Shown here one piece after another: positions 39,372 through 50,421 of a stretch of 64,000 bases of DNA. Under the pieces are notes generated by a model. It saw nothing but the letters and a program-made list of their open reading frames with translations. It did no database searches and was not told where the DNA came from. How positions within the stretch are numbered: the first letter of the stretch is position 1; the number at the start of each line of letters is the position of its first letter. Both the position numbers and the translations under genes were made by a program. The stretch comes from an uncultured bacterium (GTDB taxonomy: Bacteria; Krumholzibacteriota; Krumholzibacteriia; JACNKJ01), in NCBI GenBank assembly GCA_964344565.1, contig CAYFNT010000020.1, forward strand, positions 3,881 to 67,880, read 5' to 3'.

Positions 39372-39818
39372 TCAAGCGCCGAACCATGGAAAGCGATCCA
39401 TGGCCAGCCGGCGATGGAGGAAGCATCCGAGACAGAACCCGGCGAGGGCCACGCCCGAGGCCAGCGCCACCATGGTCGTGAAGATCCAGGCCGTCAGAGT
39501 CGCGCCCGTCAGGAACGCGACTTGAGCGAGTCCGAGCAGCGTGGCGGCCAGCAGGTTGTTGAATCGCATGAGGCCCTCGGCGGCGCGGGGCGATGTCTCG
39601 ATTCGCCGTACGAATACACGCTCGCCAATCTGGGAGATGAGATTGCCCCGGGGTCCGAAAAGAAGGGCGAAGACGAGGATTCCGAAAAGCAAGGTGGTGA
39701 TCCAGGGCTGCTGACTCACCAATGCTAGAAGCGCCATTCCGACCAGCACTCCTCGCGTCAGTGTGACGATAGGCGCCGGAACGCCAGTTTTTTCAACACT
39801 ATAGTCAGGTTCGGCCAT
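39372..39818 (-). CDS. DUF4395-like membrane protein
   Basis: MRFNNLLA, GFCLGCFL. Confidence 0.75.
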   Translation of the reverse strand: MAEPDYSVEKTGVPAPIVTLTRGVLVGMALLALVSQQPWITTLLFGILVFALLFGPRGNLISQIGERVFVRRIETSPRAAEGLMRFNNLLAATLLGLAQVAFLTGATLTAWIFTTMVALASGVALAGFCLGCFLHRRLAMDRFPWFGA

Positions 39819-40005
39819 GGCTTGTCCTTCCGAGGCGGCGAGTCTTCAACGTCGGAGTATTCCAATATCGGCAATAATTCTACATATCAAAAGCAAAAAA
39901 CCCACGTATGCGCCAGCACTTCATTCCTGCGTCATGCAGCTTGGCGATACTGATTGGGTCATGGCGAAGGACTCGCCATCCACCCCTGCATGAGAGTGAG
40001 ATGAG

Positions 40006-40347
40006 ATGATCAAGAGGGTTTTGATACTCGCAGCGCTGGTCCTGGCTTTGTCCGGAGGAGCTTCGGCCGGATGGCTGAACGGTGACAGTGAAAGAACGGT
40101 CACCCTGGAAGAACTCCCCTCTGTCGTCAAGGCGACGATTCTCGAGGAAGCGGACGGGCAGGAGATTCTGGAGATCGAAGAAATCCGCAAAGGGGATACG
40201 GTCTTCTATGAAGCCGAATGGATCGAGAAAGGAATGGAGTTCGAGATCAGTGTGGCTTTGGACGGCTCCATTCTGGATCGTGAAATCGAAGATCTTGATG
40301 CGGATGAAGACCACGATGATGCGGACGACGAAGATGACGACGACTGA
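40006..40347 (+). CDS. Secreted PepSY-like protein with acidic tail
   Basis: Signal peptide; LPSVVKATI, YEAEW, VALDGSIL; Asp-rich end. Confidence 0.75.
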   Translation: MIKRVLILAALVLALSGGASAGWLNGDSERTVTLEELPSVVKATILEEADGQEILEIEEIRKGDTVFYEAEWIEKGMEFEISVALDGSILDREIEDLDADEDHDDADDEDDDD

Positions 40348-40517
40348 GTTGGGATCTTTCCTTGCCGCTTAGAAACTGGCGGTCCTGGATATCTAGCACG
40401 GGGGGCCGAACGGACCCGGGCCCTGAGACACACTTGGCAACGTGGGGTCTCCCGTGCTCCTATTCAATGACAGGGAGTTCGCCACAGGTTCTGGCATTTC
40501 CGGGGAGAGCGTTGATC

Positions 40518-41192
40518 ATGCGGCTTCTGGTCGTCGAGGACTACAGCCCACTTCGAGAATCGTTGGTTCAAGGCCTTGTCGAGGCCGGGTTCGCCGTCGA
40601 TTCCACTGGGACTGGAGATGAGGGGCTCTGGCTCGCGGAAGCCGATGTCTATGACGCGATCATCCTGGATCTGATGCTACCGGCCCTGGATGGAATCAGT
40701 CTCCTTAGAAAACTGCGGGAGAAGCAGATCGGCTCCCGTGTCCTCATCCTCACCGCCAAGGACTCCCTTGAAGATCGAGTTCATGGCCTGGAAAACGGTG
40801 CGGACGACTACCTCGTCAAACCTTTCGCATTCGACGAGCTCCTGGCGCGAGTACGCGCATTGGTTCGAAGACGGTACGAGCGGGGTTCACCCATCATCGA
40901 GATCGAAGACCTTCAAATCGATACGATATCCCGCATGACGAGCAGGGCCGGTCAGCGACTGATGCTCACGGCACGGGAATACCTGCTTCTCGAGTACCTG
41001 GCCATGCGACGAGGACAGGTGGTCAGCCGTGGTGAGATCTGGGAGCATCTCTATGATTTCAACGCGGAACCCGGCAGCAATGTCATCGATGTGCATATCG
41101 GGCGCCTGCGTCGCAAGCTTGAAGCGGGTGGACAAACTCGATTGCTGCACACGCGACGCGGACTGGGCTACGTGCTGGGAGGATCCTCCTGA
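40518..41192 (+). CDS. OmpR-family response regulator
   Basis: MRLLVVED, ILDLMLP, GADDYLVKPF, HTRRGLGY. Confidence 0.95.
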   Translation: MRLLVVEDYSPLRESLVQGLVEAGFAVDSTGTGDEGLWLAEADVYDAIILDLMLPALDGISLLRKLREKQIGSRVLILTAKDSLEDRVHGLENGADDYLVKPFAFDELLARVRALVRRRYERGSPIIEIEDLQIDTISRMTSRAGQRLMLTAREYLLLEYLAMRRGQVVSRGEIWEHLYDFNAEPGSNVIDVHIGRLRRKLEAGGQTRLLHTRRGLGYVLGGSS

Positions 41193-42634
41193 TGAGCTCA
41201 CTCCGCGCCTCGCTCCTCCGGCGCACCGGTCTCACCACAGCCTTGGTTCTGTTGGCCGCGAGTCTTGCACTGGACTACCTGGTGGGCTCGAGTCTGCAGC
41301 ACCAGTTCGATCGAACGCTCTCGGAGCGAGCCAGGATTCTCGCATCCACCATTGAATGGGGGCCTGCAGGCCCAGAAGTCGATTTCAGTGATTTCGACAT
41401 GAGCGAGTTCGCATCAGAGGAAGGTCCCGAATTCCTGACTATCCGGGACTTGAGCGGCGTCTCTCACTATCGTTCTTCCTCCCTGACCGGTGCGAGCCTC
41501 ATGGGGCCTGCAGGACCTTCCCTTTCCGATCAGTTCTTCTCCTCCGATCTACCCAAGGGTGAATCAGGACGTGGTGTCTATTTCTCATTTTCGCCCAGAA
41601 TCGAGGAGGATTGGGTAGAGGAACTGGTGGAGTCTGGGTTGGCGCTTCCCGAAGCGCCGGAGTTCACCATCCATCTGCTGCGATCCTATGCGGAGCCGCT
41701 CAAGCTGCGTATGAGATTGCGATGGATTCTTCTCATCACCTTTACCGTCACCCTGGTCATGATGTCGACCTCCCTGCTCTGGGCCGTCGGTGGGGGTCTC
41801 GGACCGATTCGCAGGACCGCTGAGGAAGTACGTGCTTTGGATGAACGCGATCTCGCCGGTCGTCTCGAAACCAAAGCGGTTCCCGAAGAGATTCGGCCCC
41901 TCGTCATCCAATTCAATGACCTCTTGAGTCGTGTGCAGACGGCGTTCGAGAGGGAACGTCGATTCAGCGCGGATCTTGCCCACGAGCTTCGAACTCCCTT
42001 GGCCGGATTGCGCTCCCAGCTGGAGGTGGGACTCTCTCGCCCCCGTTCCAGTGAAGAATACCGGAGCGCGCTTCAGCACAGCTCGGACATTGCCCTTCGG
42101 ATGGAGAAGCTCGTGGGCAGCCTGCTTGCCCTTTCACGATTGGAATCCAATCAGTTTCACCTGGTCCGTCATGAGATTGGCCTGCTCGTTCTGTTGGAAT
42201 CCGCTTGGGAATCGTTCGAGGCGAAAGCTTCGGCCAAGGGATTGAAGGTTCACCTAGATGTCCCTCCAGATCTTAGCCTGCACACCGACGCGGCACTCCT
42301 TGATCGCATCCTTCGCAACGTGCTCGACAATGCGGTCGAATACTCCGATCTCAACGGCGAGATCCGAATCGAAGCTCGGAGAACGAAACTGTGGATGAAT
42401 CTGCACGTCAGCAACACAGGTTGCTTACTCGAGCAAGACGAAGCTTACGAACTTATCGCCCGATTCAGACGTGCGGATCCTGCGAGGTCCTCGGGCGAGG
42501 AGCATTCCGGTCTCGGCCTTTCGATAGTCCAAGAGATCACCCGAATTCTTGGTGGAAAGCTGGAGATTCAAGCTCAACCCGGTGGGCTCTACCAAGTTTC
42601 CCTCGATTTCCCCTCAGCGATTGATCCTAACTAG
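41192..42634 (+). CDS. HAMP sensor histidine kinase (CusS/QseC-like)
   Basis: Two TM, FSADLAHELRTPL, NVLDNA, GLGLSIV. Confidence 0.92.
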   Translation: MSSLRASLLRRTGLTTALVLLAASLALDYLVGSSLQHQFDRTLSERARILASTIEWGPAGPEVDFSDFDMSEFASEEGPEFLTIRDLSGVSHYRSSSLTGASLMGPAGPSLSDQFFSSDLPKGESGRGVYFSFSPRIEEDWVEELVESGLALPEAPEFTIHLLRSYAEPLKLRMRLRWILLITFTVTLVMMSTSLLWAVGGGLGPIRRTAEEVRALDERDLAGRLETKAVPEEIRPLVIQFNDLLSRVQTAFERERRFSADLAHELRTPLAGLRSQLEVGLSRPRSSEEYRSALQHSSDIALRMEKLVGSLLALSRLESNQFHLVRHEIGLLVLLESAWESFEAKASAKGLKVHLDVPPDLSLHTDAALLDRILRNVLDNAVEYSDLNGEIRIEARRTKLWMNLHVSNTGCLLEQDEAYELIARFRRADPARSSGEEHSGLGLSIVQEITRILGGKLEIQAQPGGLYQVSLDFPSAIDPN

Positions 42635-42684
42635 ACTCGAATCCTTCCATCCGCGAAACTCCCAGAGCCGATGAGGAGGTGGAT

Positions 42685-42976
42685 ATGTTGGGTCGAATTC
42701 TTGTCGCCGGACTGCTCGGTGCTGCTGCTCGCCACCCTTGCCGCGGCCATGCTTCGCTTCGGCGTAGGAGCCGAGAGCCTCGGCTATCCGGGCCGGGTTG
42801 GGTTCTTCGTCCTGGCCGGTCTCTTCGCGGCCCTGGCGGAGAACCTGAGTCAGGCCGGCATCGGCGGGCTCAGCTATAGAACGGCCATGCTTCTGGGCGG
42901 ACAGACGGTCATCGGCTGGCTGCTGGCCGGGCTGGTCATGGCCGCATGGCTGCGTCCGACGAAGAGGCAGAGCTAG
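42685..42976 (+). pseudogene. Membrane-protein gene remnant with out-of-frame N- and C-termini
   Basis: GAGGAGG-ATG gives MLGRILVAGLLG, then the hydrophobic sequence continues in another frame (..GRVGFFVLAGLFAAL..VIGWLLAGLVMAAWLRP). Confidence 0.55.
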
Positions 42977-43047
42977 TTCGCGAAGATTGTCCGTGATTCG
43001 AAGCGAGGTTTGAGGAATAATCCCCTCTGCCACTCCCGGAGGAGACC

Positions 43048-45438
43048 ATGGAGAAATCATCTGAGCGGCGGCGCCTGCCTGTCGAGAAACTTCGTTGGAC
43101 CTGCGATCCCGCCACCCTTCCCTTCGACGTGCACGGCGGCAATCATCGCTCCCTTGAGATCATCGGACAGGAACGCGCCCTGGACGCCCTGCGCATGGGC
43201 CTGGACATCCGCAAGCCCGGCTACCACATCTTCGTGACCGGCACCGAAGGCACGGGCCGCACCACGACCATCCGGCGCGTGCTCGAGGACCAGAACGTGA
43301 AGGTCGATCTGGAAGACCTCTGCTACGTCTTCAACTTCGACGATTTCGACAGCCCCGTGCTTCTGCGTTTCCCCGCGGGACAGGGACGCGACTTCAAGAA
43401 CCGCCTGGGACGCATGGTGGCGAGCCTTCGCCGCCACGTGCCGACGCTCTACAAGAGCGAGAGCTATCAGAAGCGGCTCACGCGCCTGGAGCGCGGCTTC
43501 CGTCAGCTGCAGGAAGAGGCGGGGCGGCAGTTCTCCGAGAAGGCGCACAAGCTGGGCTTCCAGATCGTGGAAATGCAGTCGGGCGCCTACAGCCATCCCG
43601 ATCTCGTGGTTGGCATGGGCGAGGAACAGCTCGAGATCAACGAGCTGGCGCACCTTGTCGAACGCGGCGACATCACCGAGGATCAGCGCACCGCACTCGT
43701 GAACGCCTACGAGTCCTTGAGCGAGGAGCTCAAGAGCGTCATCCGCGCCAACACCCGCCTCGACGAGGAACTGCAGCGCGAGGCCCGGCGCCTGGAGCAG
43801 TCGGTGGTGAGGCCGCTGATCCGCGACGGCATCGAGATCCTCCGCAAGAAGTTCGAGGGCGAGGCCGTGCAGCACTACCTGGAGCAGGTGGAGGAGGCCC
43901 TGCTCGAGGAATCCTGGGTTCCCAGGGAAGAGGAGGGCGAGATCCAGGAGCCCTTCTTCCGCTACTTCGTCAACCTCATGGTGGACAACTCCCGCCAGCA
44001 GGGCGCGCCGGTGATCATCGAGAACCAGCCCGGCTTCACACAGCTCTTCGGCAACATCGAGCGCAAGACCTTCCCCAACGGAGTCTCCTTCTTCGACTAC
44101 CGGCAGATCAAGGGCGGCTCCATCGCGCGGGCCCAGGGCGGCACCCTGGTCATCATGGCCCGCGACCTGCTCGACGAGCCCACGGTCTGGCCCGCGCTCA
44201 AGCGCGTGCTGCGCAGCGAGAAGCTCGAGATCCAGGCCTACGACACCCAGAACCGTCAGGCCCTCGGCGGGCTCAAGCCCGAGCCCCTGGATCTGGACGT
44301 GAAGGTCATCCTGGTGGGCGACAGCGAACTCTACAACCTGCTTCTCCAGGGCGATCCCGATCTGCAGCGGGTCTTCCGCATCAAGGCCGACTTCGAAACC
44401 GACATGCCGCGAACGAAGAGCAACGTGCGGCGCTACGTGTCCTTCATCCGCAAGGTGCAGAAGAAGGATGGCCTGCTGCCGGTGACTCCGGCGGGCGTGG
44501 CGGCCCTCGTGGAGTTCGGCGTGCGACTGGCCGGTCGCAAGAACCGACTGTCCACGCGTTTCTCGAAGCTGGTGGACGTGCTCATCGAAGGCGACTACAT
44601 GGCCCGCAAGCGCAAGGCCAAGAGCGTGGGCGTCGAGCATATCGACGATGCCCTTCTCGAACGCAACCGCCGCTTCGGCGCGGCCGAGCAGCACATGCAG
44701 GAGGCCTTCAAGGACGGCACGCTCCTGCTCCAGACCACCGGCACCGCCGTGGGTCAGGTCAACGGCCTCTTCGTGCTGGAGCAGTGGGACCATCACTTCG
44801 GGCAGCCCATGCGCATGACTGCCACGGTCTCTCCCGGCGAGGGCGACCTGCTCAGCCTCGAACGCGAGGTGGAGCTGAGCGGATCCTCCTTCGACAAGGG
44901 CCACCTCATCCTCGAGGGATTCCTGCGCCAGCGATTCGCGCAGAACAGGCCCCTGAGCCTCAGCGCGTCCATGTCCTGCGAGCAGAACTACGTGCCGGTG
45001 GACGGCGACAGCGCGACGACCACCGAGACCTTCGCCCTGCTCTCGGCCCTGGGGCGCATTCCCCTGAAGCAGTCCATCGCCATGACCGGCTCGGTGAACC
45101 AGTTCGGCGAGGTGCAGGCCATCGGGGCGGTGAACGAGAAGATCGAGGGCTTCTTCAAGATCTGTCGGGCGCGGGGTCTGACCGGCGAGCAGGGCGTGAT
45201 CATTCCGGCGGCCAACGAGAGCCGGCTGATGCTGAGCAAGGAAGTGATCGAGGCGGCCAAGAAGGGCGAGTTCCGGGTCTGGGCCATCTCGCACATCGAC
45301 GAGGGCATGGAGATTCTCAGCGGACTGCCCGCGGGCAAGCTTCGCAAGGACGGAACCTGGACCCCCGGCAGCGTGAACGCCCTGGTGGACGAGCGCCTGG
45401 CCGAACTGGCGGCCATCCAGAAGGAAGCTACGAAGTAA
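43048..45438 (+). CDS. Lon-like S16 protease (LonC type)
   Basis: IIGQERA, GTEGTGRTT, coiled coil, VGQVNGL, DGDSA (Ser), TGSVNQFGEVQAIGAVNEKIEGF (Lys). Confidence 0.92.
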   Translation: MEKSSERRRLPVEKLRWTCDPATLPFDVHGGNHRSLEIIGQERALDALRMGLDIRKPGYHIFVTGTEGTGRTTTIRRVLEDQNVKVDLEDLCYVFNFDDFDSPVLLRFPAGQGRDFKNRLGRMVASLRRHVPTLYKSESYQKRLTRLERGFRQLQEEAGRQFSEKAHKLGFQIVEMQSGAYSHPDLVVGMGEEQLEINELAHLVERGDITEDQRTALVNAYESLSEELKSVIRANTRLDEELQREARRLEQSVVRPLIRDGIEILRKKFEGEAVQHYLEQVEEALLEESWVPREEEGEIQEPFFRYFVNLMVDNSRQQGAPVIIENQPGFTQLFGNIERKTFPNGVSFFDYRQIKGGSIARAQGGTLVIMARDLLDEPTVWPALKRVLRSEKLEIQAYDTQNRQALGGLKPEPLDLDVKVILVGDSELYNLLLQGDPDLQRVFRIKADFETDMPRTKSNVRRYVSFIRKVQKKDGLLPVTPAGVAALVEFGVRLAGRKNRLSTRFSKLVDVLIEGDYMARKRKAKSVGVEHIDDALLERNRRFGAAEQHMQEAFKDGTLLLQTTGTAVGQVNGLFVLEQWDHHFGQPMRMTATVSPGEGDLLSLEREVELSGSSFDKGHLILEGFLRQRFAQNRPLSLSASMSCEQNYVPVDGDSATTTETFALLSALGRIPLKQSIAMTGSVNQFGEVQAIGAVNEKIEGFFKICRARGLTGEQGVIIPAANESRLMLSKEVIEAAKKGEFRVWAISHIDEGMEILSGLPAGKLRKDGTWTPGSVNALVDERLAELAAIQKEATK

Positions 45439-45476
45439 GGCGCTCGCGGCCTTCCCTCGCGTTCCGGCTCGACGGC

Positions 45477-45492
45477 TTGTACACGTGTACAA
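45477..45492. repeat. Perfect 16-bp palindrome TTGTACACGTGTACAA
   Basis: Read directly; intergenic, 38 nt after the LonC stop. Confidence 0.95.
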
Positions 45493-45586
45493 ATCCGAGT
45501 TTTCAGGGCCGCCTCACGAGTCACGCTCGGGAAGCCGCTTCGCTATCCGAAATGGCAAAGTGTGCACGGCCACAATTCACAAGCGT

Positions 45587-45620
45587 AAGGCGGGCAGCCA
45601 TTGGGCTGCCTGCCTTCTTT
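45587..45620 (+). terminator. Strong stem-loop, probable terminator
   Basis: aaggcgggcagcc-attg-ggctgcctgcctt followed by cttt. Confidence 0.65.
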
Positions 45621-45753
45621 GTGGTTTGGAGCCGGATCCTTTTGTCCAATTCATGGCGACTTTGTTGTGAATAAGTTGTTGATATGGTAAAATTGATGAG
45701 TCTTATCTGAATTTCATTCAAGTCATTCACGCAAATCAGCTTAGGGGTGATCC

Positions 45754-48700
45754 ATGCGACCCATTCGGGCCCTTCTCGCCTTGGCCTTCCTACCTTTGCT
45801 CTCCTACGCGACCACCATCCACGTGCCCGGCGATGAGCCGACGATTTCCGCCGGCCTCGGCCTCGCCGCGAGCGGCGATACCGTGCTCGTGGCCTGCGGC
45901 AGCTATGGAGAAACCTACCTGAACATTCCTTCAGGGGTGGTCCTCAGGAGCGAGGACGGCGCGGAATGCACCATACTCGGCGACATCGGCTGGGGGCCCA
46001 TCATCGAGACCTACAATTCGGGACCCGGAACGGTGATCGATGGATTCACCTTCCTCGATGGCGTCGGCGACGGCACGCCCGGCGGGGTGGTACTCAGCAA
46101 TTCGCAGGTGGAGATTCGCGACTGCGCCTTCGTGGATTGCGTACCCGGGCTCTCCATCGATAGCGGATCGACGGTAGATCTGATTTCCAGCACCTTTTAT
46201 GGCTGCGAGGGCGGGGGTGCCCCAGCGAGCGGCGTTCAGGTGATCGGCAACTCGACGCTCGCGGCCGACAATACGATCATCGCCTTTGGGCTCTACAACC
46301 AGGCCGTGCACGTGGAGGCCGGCAGCAGCGCCGCCTTCACCTGCAGCGACATCTTCGGCAACGCCGGCGGCGACTGGACCGGCGCCATCGCGGGCCAGTT
46401 GGGCGTGGACGGTAACCTCTCCGTTGATCCGGTCTTCTGCGACGCGGGCGCTGGCGACCTGAGCCTCGAAGAGAACTCGCCACTCGCCGACGCACCGGGA
46501 TGCGGGCTCATGGGTGCCTTCGACGTGGGCTGCGCCTTCATCGAATGCAGTCTCGATCCCGACTCACTCACCTTCGAATACTGGGTGGCCGGCGATCCCG
46601 TAGAGGGCACCTTCACTCTGACCAACGACGACCCGGTCCATGACCTCGTCGGCACGCTGAGTTGGAGCGGTGCGGAGTTCGACGTGATGCCCACGGCCTA
46701 TGACCTGGCCCCGGGCGCGTCCCAGGAGTTCACGGTCACCTTCACGCCGGCCGATCAAGTGGACGACGTGGTGGCTATCCAGACCGGCGCCCTCTGTGGG
46801 GACCTTATCTGCATCAGCAGCTACATAGCGCCCTTCACCGACATCGAAGCGGGTCTGCAGAAGGTCTACGACTCCGGCGCGGCCTGGGGGGACTACGACG
46901 GCGATGGCGACCTGGACCTCGCCATCACCGGCAATACTGGAAGCGCGTACTTCTCCGACATCTACCGCAACGACGCGGGCACCTTCGTCCCCTTGGCCGC
47001 GGGTATCTCACCGGACCACCGATCAGCACTCGATTGGGTCGACTACGACCAGGACGGCGATCTGGATCTCTTCAAGAGCGGCCCCTCCACCGCCGCCAAG
47101 CTCTACAGGAACGATGCTGGATCCTTCGTGGAGGTCGATACCGGCGCCACCCTGCCGGCGGTCTCGGACCCCTGCCCCGCCTGGGGCGACTACGATGCCG
47201 ACGGCGACCTCGACCTTCTTCATGTGGGCCAGAGCTTCTGCAGCCTCTACCGCAATGACGAGGGCCTCTTCGCATTGGATCAATCCTTCTATGGTTTCGA
47301 GTACCCCAGCGCCGAATGGGCTGACCCCGATCAGGACGGCGACTTGGACTTCTTCCTGGTGGGTTCGGGCTACATCGTCATCTATCTGAACGAGGACGCC
47401 GAGTTCACCTACCAGATGATCACCTACTATGGCTTCAATTCCAGTTCGGCCGATTGGGGCGACTACGATGCCGATGGCGACCTGGACATCCTTGTGGTCG
47501 ACGGGATCTATTCGAGAATCTGGCGAAACGATGGCGATGGCTGGGCATACATCGACAACATGCTGCCAAAGCTCTACTACAGTGACGCATCCTGGGGGGA
47601 TTTCGACAGCGATGGTGACCTTGACGTACTGGTCGCCGGCTGGACGGGAAGCGTCTATACAACCCAGATCCTCCGGAACGAGGCAGGAGTCTTCGAAGAC
47701 ATCGAGGCCGGGCTGCCGCCGCTTCATCGCGGTGCGATGGACTGGGGAGACTACGACGGCGACGGCGACCTCGACATCCTCGCCACGGGTTCGAACGGCA
47801 CGTCCCAGGCTTACATCCTGCGCAACGATACATTCACCACGAACACCCCACCCACCGCACCCAATGTGCTCGCCCAGGATTTCGCGGACGGCATGTTCCT
47901 GCTCGAATGGACCTCTGCCAGCGACCTGGAAACTCCGGTCTTGGGCCTGAGCTACAACCTCCGCGTGGGCACGACCCCGGGCGGCTCGGAGATCAGGCCT
48001 CCCATGTCCCTTCCCTCGGGACGTCGTTTGATTCCGGAGCGCGGACAGGCCGATCAGAACACATCCTGGCCTCTCGAACTCGCTTTCGGAGAGAACTACT
48101 ACTGGAGCGTGCAATGCGTGGACGGTGGCTTCGAGGGATCCCCCTTCAGTGAGGAAAGGGTCATCAGCACTTCGGGGACGCTGGTCTCCATCGAGGACGT
48201 CACGGGCGACCAGGGCCGAAACCTTCGCCTGACCTGGGAGCGTTCGCCCTGGGATGCTCCGGACGACGGCATCGACGTCACCGGCTACGAGGTGCACCGG
48301 CGACAGGACGGCCGTGCCGCCGGCTGGGACTTCCTCACCTGGGTGCCGGCCCACGGCGACTCGATCTACGACTATGTCGCGCCCACGCTCTGCGACTCCA
48401 CGGCCGAGGAAGGCATCTGCTGGTCGGTGTTCATGGTGCGCGCAACCACGCCCGATCCATTCGTCTTCGTGGATTCGCCGCCGGACAGCGGCTACTCCAT
48501 CGACAATCTCGCGCCTTCGGTGCCGAGCGGCTTCCTGCTCGCCTACGGCGGCACGGGCGGCAACAGCCTCAGCTGGGACGAGTGTCCCGACGAGGACTTC
48601 GACTTCTTCAACGTGTATCGCGACACCGATCCCGAATTTGAGCCCAGCGAAGAGAGCCGTGTGCACCAGACCACGGGCACGACTTGGGAGGACGCGAGCG

Positions 48701-49086
48701 GCACGCCTGCGCATTTCTACAAGGTCGCCGCGGTGGACTTCGCCGGCAACGAGAGCGATCCGGCCTCACCGGACGAGATCACCGACGGACCTGAAGGCGC
48801 ACTACCGGCAAGTTTCGCCCTGCACCAGAACAACCCGAATCCCTTCAATCCTGCGACCAGCATCCGCTTCGACCTGCCAAGGGCCGGCGATGTTCGTCTG
48901 GAGATCTTCGACGTGTCGGGGCGCAGAATCGCGATTCTGGCCGAGGGGCGCCGCGAAGCGGGGCGTCACGAGGTTCTTTGGCGGGGCGGGGACGAGCGCG
49001 GTAGGCCGGCCAGCTCGGGCGTCTACTTCTACAAGCTCACCGCTCCCGGCTACAGCGAGACCAAGCGCATGCTCTTGCTGAAGTAG
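45754..49086 (+). CDS. Secreted multidomain protein: beta-helix, FG-GAP/VCBS propeller, Fn3-like, C-terminal FlgD-Ig/T9SS-like sorting domain
   Basis: TTIHVPGD start; seven WxDxDxDGDLD repeats; LHQNNPNPFNPATSIRF..SSGVYFYKL..KRMLLLK. Confidence 0.9.
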   Translation: MRPIRALLALAFLPLLSYATTIHVPGDEPTISAGLGLAASGDTVLVACGSYGETYLNIPSGVVLRSEDGAECTILGDIGWGPIIETYNSGPGTVIDGFTFLDGVGDGTPGGVVLSNSQVEIRDCAFVDCVPGLSIDSGSTVDLISSTFYGCEGGGAPASGVQVIGNSTLAADNTIIAFGLYNQAVHVEAGSSAAFTCSDIFGNAGGDWTGAIAGQLGVDGNLSVDPVFCDAGAGDLSLEENSPLADAPGCGLMGAFDVGCAFIECSLDPDSLTFEYWVAGDPVEGTFTLTNDDPVHDLVGTLSWSGAEFDVMPTAYDLAPGASQEFTVTFTPADQVDDVVAIQTGALCGDLICISSYIAPFTDIEAGLQKVYDSGAAWGDYDGDGDLDLAITGNTGSAYFSDIYRNDAGTFVPLAAGISPDHRSALDWVDYDQDGDLDLFKSGPSTAAKLYRNDAGSFVEVDTGATLPAVSDPCPAWGDYDADGDLDLLHVGQSFCSLYRNDEGLFALDQSFYGFEYPSAEWADPDQDGDLDFFLVGSGYIVIYLNEDAEFTYQMITYYGFNSSSADWGDYDADGDLDILVVDGIYSRIWRNDGDGWAYIDNMLPKLYYSDASWGDFDSDGDLDVLVAGWTGSVYTTQILRNEAGVFEDIEAGLPPLHRGAMDWGDYDGDGDLDILATGSNGTSQAYILRNDTFTTNTPPTAPNVLAQDFADGMFLLEWTSASDLETPVLGLSYNLRVGTTPGGSEIRPPMSLPSGRRLIPERGQADQNTSWPLELAFGENYYWSVQCVDGGFEGSPFSEERVISTSGTLVSIEDVTGDQGRNLRLTWERSPWDAPDDGIDVTGYEVHRRQDGRAAGWDFLTWVPAHGDSIYDYVAPTLCDSTAEEGICWSVFMVRATTPDPFVFVDSPPDSGYSIDNLAPSVPSGFLLAYGGTGGNSLSWDECPDEDFDFFNVYRDTDPEFEPSEESRVHQTTGTTWEDASGTPAHFYKVAAVDFAGNESDPASPDEITDGPEGALPASFALHQNNPNPFNPATSIRFDLPRAGDVRLEIFDVSGRRIAILAEGRREAGRHEVLWRGGDERGRPASSGVYFYKLTAPGYSETKRMLLLK

Positions 49087-49111
49087 GCAAATCCCACGAG
49101 GCTCCGACTAG

Positions 49112-49140
49112 GGCGCCGGAGAGCTTCCGGCGCCTTTTTT
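49112..49140 (+). terminator. Intrinsic terminator
   Basis: ggcgccgga-gagct-tccggcgcc followed by T6. Confidence 0.85.
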
Positions 49141-49215
49141 CCTGCTTCGGCCCACCTTGACAGGACGCGCCTGGCCATATAAAACTGTCCTGATTCAAAC
49201 GACTTAGGGGACACA

Positions 49216-50313
<1,098 letters not shown>

Positions 50314-50316
<3 letters not shown>

Positions 50317-50417
50317 CTTTTGGCTCTTAGCTCTTGGCTACTGGCCAGAAATGGGCGAGATTTCGGCAGGTAGCCAAGGGCCAGCTGCCATTGGCTCGAA
50401 GCTGAAGGCTGGTAGCA
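50314..50417. repeat. Heptamer inverted-repeat element, second sequence type
   Basis: tagcttt/tggctct/tagctct/tggctac ... aggtagc/caagggc/tcgaagc/tgaaggc/tggtagc. Confidence 0.65.
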
Positions 50418-50421
50418 ATCC

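Noticed and set aside
43240..43270. Walker A Lys-to-Arg (GTGRT) as inactivation of Lon
   Set aside because: A degenerate ATPase module is normal for LonC-type proteases, and the Ser-Lys dyad is intact
43057..45492. Long antisense ORFs (also 19225-21729, 50970-53534, 59836-62712 and others)
   Set aside because: They mirror well-supported sense genes, are expected from high-GC codon bias, and show no motifs
46880..47780. Recurrent gactacgac..ggcgacct repeats as a CRISPR-like array
   Set aside because: They are degenerate codons of FG-GAP protein repeats inside a CDS; no identical repeats or cas genes
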